Virus record (IMG/VR): IMGVR_UViG_3300007523_000058
Location: 1 to 28,709 of that record
Source of the DNA: a virus
Taxonomy: Duplodnaviria; Caudoviricetes
DNA length: 28,709 nt
Reading direction: 5' to 3' (one strand)
In this document: positions 26,439 through 28,709 of the stretch, piece after piece
Layout: every line of letters starts with the position of its first letter
Position numbering within the stretch: position 1 is the stretch's first letter
The notes under the pieces: generated by a model
What the model saw: only the letters and a program-made list of their open reading frames with translations
What the model was told of the DNA's origin: nothing
The model's database searches: none
Position numbers and translations under genes: made by a program

Positions 26439-27107
26439 TTATTCATCATCACAAGTACAGGATCCGTTGTTTGCTTCATCACAATCATGGCAACATGAAC
26501 AATAATCTTCTGATTCTCCGCAATTTTCACAATCATCACCACAAACGCAGTTGTCAACAAAATAACTGCAACTCCAGCACGTATCTTCATCTTCTTCAAT
26601 GAAAGTGATTGATACGGAAACCAGAAAATCATCTTTGTCGAAACCAAGAACACAATCGTATGAACCATCTCCATACCCAGTTGAACAAACAACTCCACCA
26701 TCCATGTTACCGAAACTTTTGTTTTCTTGTTCTTCATCGGTATTGCATGTAATATTACAACATACATCGTACCATAATGAAGAACCGAAAGAATCAAATT
26801 TATTATGGAATTTTGTGCCGGAATATTCATTCGAATCTTCCCATTTGTTAGAATCAAAAATTCCCATTTGTCCCGAATCAACTCCAACCGTAATAAATTT
26901 TTCTCGAATGCACCCGTTAAGTGCTACTGGAATATATGCGTGCAATTGTGCTACACGCCCTTCGCTTTCTTCATACTCACACCAAGCACTCCACTGTCCA
27001 TTTTTGGCTTTTTCATTGCCAACAATGTCAGCCAGTGATTCATCATTTGGTGTATAACTCGGGTCGGATATGAACAATCGGCCGGATGAAACGTTAAAAT
27101 CAATCAT
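26439..27107 (-). CDS. DUF4241-like protein with a Cys/acidic-rich tail, ~222 aa (start revised to MIDFNVSSG)
   Basis: SGRLFISDP, GVDSGQMGIFD and STGYGDGSYD motifs; the track's TTG start lies inside the promoter repeat. Confidence 0.7.
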   Translation of the reverse strand: MIDFNVSSGRLFISDPSYTPNDESLADIVGNEKAKNGQWSAWCEYEESEGRVAQLHAYIPVALNGCIREKFITVGVDSGQMGIFDSNKWEDSNEYSGTKFHNKFDSFGSSLWYDVCCNITCNTDEEQENKSFGNMDGGVVCSTGYGDGSYDCVLGFDKDDFLVSVSITFIEEDEDTCWSCSYFVDNCVCGDDCENCGESEDYCSCCHDCDEANNGSCTCDDE

Positions 27108-27123
27108 TTTCTTTATCTTTGTC

Positions 27124-27202
27124 TTTGTTACTGTTTCGTATAGATAAATATACAATAAATTTGTTAATATTCCTAATTACTTTGATGAAGATATTATGAA
27201 TT
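27124..27202 (-). promoter_or_regulatory. Repeated early-type promoter/operator element, copy 1
   Basis: AATTCATAATATCTTCATCAAA...TTATTGTATATT...GAAACAGTAACAAA shared with 27772-27851. Confidence 0.75.
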
Positions 27203-27204
27203 GA

Positions 27205-27408
27205 TTAATTCCAATCAACGTATTTATCACGAATCATTGTAACAGAAATTTCAATATCTTCGCAATAATACAGTTCAGGATCAGGTTCGGATTTCGCTGG
27301 TATATGTTCATTTATAAATGCCTGTCCCAATCTCTGGTCACCAAACTTCCCAGCTGACCATTGTGCAAAAAATGAATTGAATGTATACCACTTTATCGTT
27401 GGTTGCAT
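27205..27408 (-). CDS. Small phage protein, 67 aa
   Basis: QRLGQAFIN...DPELYY motif. Confidence 0.65.
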   Translation of the reverse strand: MQPTIKWYTFNSFFAQWSAGKFGDQRLGQAFINEHIPAKSEPDPELYYCEDIEISVTMIRDKYVDWN

Positions 27409-27458
27409 CGAATTAGTGTTTTGGATAAACTGCGAACGTGTCGGCTGACATTGTGTTG

Positions 27459-27758
27459 TTATACGTTTAATGAATCTAGTGCTTCTCGAATCTGCCTAGG
27501 TGTGTACGTTTTACCTGCGATTTCAATACCATCTCCAGTAAACCGAAAACGCAGACGTTCAGTTAAACCATTACTGCCAATCATTGAACGAACTGTGATT
27601 GCTTCATCTTCGGTAGCAATTGATACTACGGCAAATTTCGATGGTAATGGTGCAGTTTGCTTTAATTCAAACTCAACAATAGCTGTTGATTGCTGAACGT
27701 TACATTGAATCATTTCAATGGTTGTGGACTTTGTGTCTGATCTAAAAATTGATTTCAT
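27459..27758 (-). CDS. Hypothetical protein, 99 aa
   Basis: ATG after an A-rich leader downstream of promoter copy 2. Confidence 0.7.
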   Translation of the reverse strand: MKSIFRSDTKSTTIEMIQCNVQQSTAIVEFELKQTAPLPSKFAVVSIATEDEAITVRSMIGSNGLTERLRFRFTGDGIEIAGKTYTPRQIREALDSLNV

Positions 27759-27771
27759 TTTCTTCTTTTAT

Positions 27772-27851
27772 TTTGTTACTGTTTCAACTATGATCAATAT
27801 ACAATAAGATGTCGAGTAACCCAAACTAATTTGATGAAGATATTATGAATT
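27772..27851 (-). promoter_or_regulatory. Repeated early-type promoter/operator element, copy 2
   Basis: Blocks of 22, 12 and 14 bp identical to copy 1 at offset 648-649; TTTG...TATATTGA resembles the Bacteroidota -33/-7 arrangement. Confidence 0.75.
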
Positions 27852-27858
27852 CACAATT

Positions 27859-28212
27859 TTATGATATGAGCGGAATTTCATTTTTAATTCGAGAAATTTC
27901 CTGTCCATCCGAGTTCGTATGAACAACCAACCTATCACGTCCTGGATATTTGAAAAATTGTATTTGCCCTGAATCCGAAATCCATACCGCTGCTGCATCG
28001 GAAACCTTCATTCGTTTGACCCGGCGGGCAAGATCGCCGTCGGCATCAACATATTCATCTTCCAATCTGTAATATCTATCACCTATTTTCAGGTCGCCGA
28101 ATGTGAGACGTTTTGATAGTTCGGATTGTCGCTTTGTTTCAAGCAGCCGTTGTAATCCGGCTAGCGTTTTCCCGGCTAATAGTATTTCCGCTTTAATTTG
28201 TTCTACTGTCAT
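27859..28212 (-). CDS. Hypothetical protein, ~117 aa (start revised to MTVEQIKAE)
   Basis: ATG at 28212, just after the upstream stop; LTFGDLKIGDRY motif. Confidence 0.65.
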   Translation of the reverse strand: MTVEQIKAEILLAGKTLAGLQRLLETKRQSELSKRLTFGDLKIGDRYYRLEDEYVDADGDLARRVKRMKVSDAAAVWISDSGQIQFFKYPGRDRLVVHTNSDGQEISRIKNEIPLIS

Positions 28213-28217
28213 TTTAA

Positions 28218-28523
28218 TTATCGTTTTGGATAAATTGCGAACGAAGTAGCCATATGGCTGTGGCAATATGACTGTGGTCGCGAGTATACGGTTGGACCAT
28301 CGCAGTGCGTAGAACCACCACGATATTTAATATGAAACATATCAGTCACCATCAAGGCGCGGACTTCAGGTGACCACCGACATGAAATCGGTATACCCTT
28401 ATAAATTGAATTTTCAGTATCAGGCTAAAGATATACTACCAAGTCAATTCCAAATCTGGCGGAACCAAATCTGTCTCTATATTGGTTGTATTTCAAAGCT
28501 GCTACACTATGTGGATTTTTCAT
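28218..28523 (-). pseudogene. 101-codon ORF interrupted by one in-frame TAG (codon 33)
   Basis: MKNPHSVAALKYNQYRDRFGSARFGIDLVVYL*PDTENSIYKGIPISCRWSPEVRALMVTDMFHIKYRGGSTHCDGPTVYSRPQSYCHSHMATSFAIYPKR; almost exactly fills the gap between its neighbours. Confidence 0.6.
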
Positions 28524-28527
28524 TGTA

Positions 28528-28709
28528 TTATTTACCGAAGTTTTTCATCCAACATGAAAGGACTTTATGTGATATTGGTTTAGAGACTCCAAACGCTTCA
28601 CGTAGGTAAGCACCCGCGCCAAACATATTGGTTGCTCCTGATAGTCTGAGATAATCAAGGTATCGGCTCATCCGATTGAAATCTTCTGGTGAAACTCCAC
28701 CAAATTCTC
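28528..28709 (-). CDS. Small phage protein, 5'-truncated by the window edge
   Basis: ...YLDYLRLSGATNMFGAGAYLREAFGV...WMKNFGK*; the SG.TNMF motif recalls DUF5049-like small phage proteins. Confidence 0.7.
   Translation of the reverse strand, partial: EFGGVSPEDFNRMSRYLDYLRLSGATNMFGAGAYLREAFGVSKPISHKVLSCWMKNFGK

Noticed and set aside
26417-26887. Alternative-frame minus-strand ORFs (also 3696-3890, 10850-11068, 20445-20690)
   Set aside because: They are nested in better-supported genes in another frame
27124-27851. CRISPR array or mobile-element terminal repeats
   Set aside because: There are only two block-wise copies separated by whole genes, each positioned like a promoter; no transposase or cas gene is present
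32-28609. All plus-strand ORFs in the track (e.g. 2906-3229, 13122-13556, 23851-24330, 26599-27057)
   Set aside because: They are antisense shadows of convincing minus-strand genes and have no recognisable motifs
1-28709. Genome-wide TAG reassignment (genetic code 15)
   Set aside because: Long genes, including the 1896-codon ORF, contain no internal TAG, and the TAG at 19007 behaves as a real stop overlapping def

Overview
This is an AT-rich segment of a large myovirus-like (T4-like baseplate) phage genome, and every credible gene lies on the minus strand. Bases 1-15.7 kb form a virion/baseplate module. It includes a >1896-aa structural ORF missed by the ORF track, plus gp6-like, gp25-like and probable gp5/hub-like genes. 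Bases 15.8-25.2 kb hold a probable phage sigma factor, a complete tmRNA with an atypical tag, peptide deformylase, an HD hydrolase, thioredoxin, an Rnl2-type RNA ligase, dCMP deaminase and a Mom-family DNA adenine-modification gene. Bases 25.2-26.4 kb are non-coding but highly structured. In transcription order they contain a boxA-like leader, a ~880-nt GOLLD-like RNA carrying an internal tRNA relic, an unusual tRNA-Gly(ACC), a palindromic cassette, a terminator and then the mom-like gene. The tRNA-Gly keeps the main glycine identity elements but has lost the D- and T-loop consensus. The leading hypothesis is that it is a dedicated, non-translational Gly-tRNA donor for Mom-type DNA hypermodification. 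Bases 26.4-28.7 kb contain small early-type genes behind repeated promoter/operator elements, one of them interrupted by an in-frame TAG. All family assignments come from motif recognition by eye, not database searches.
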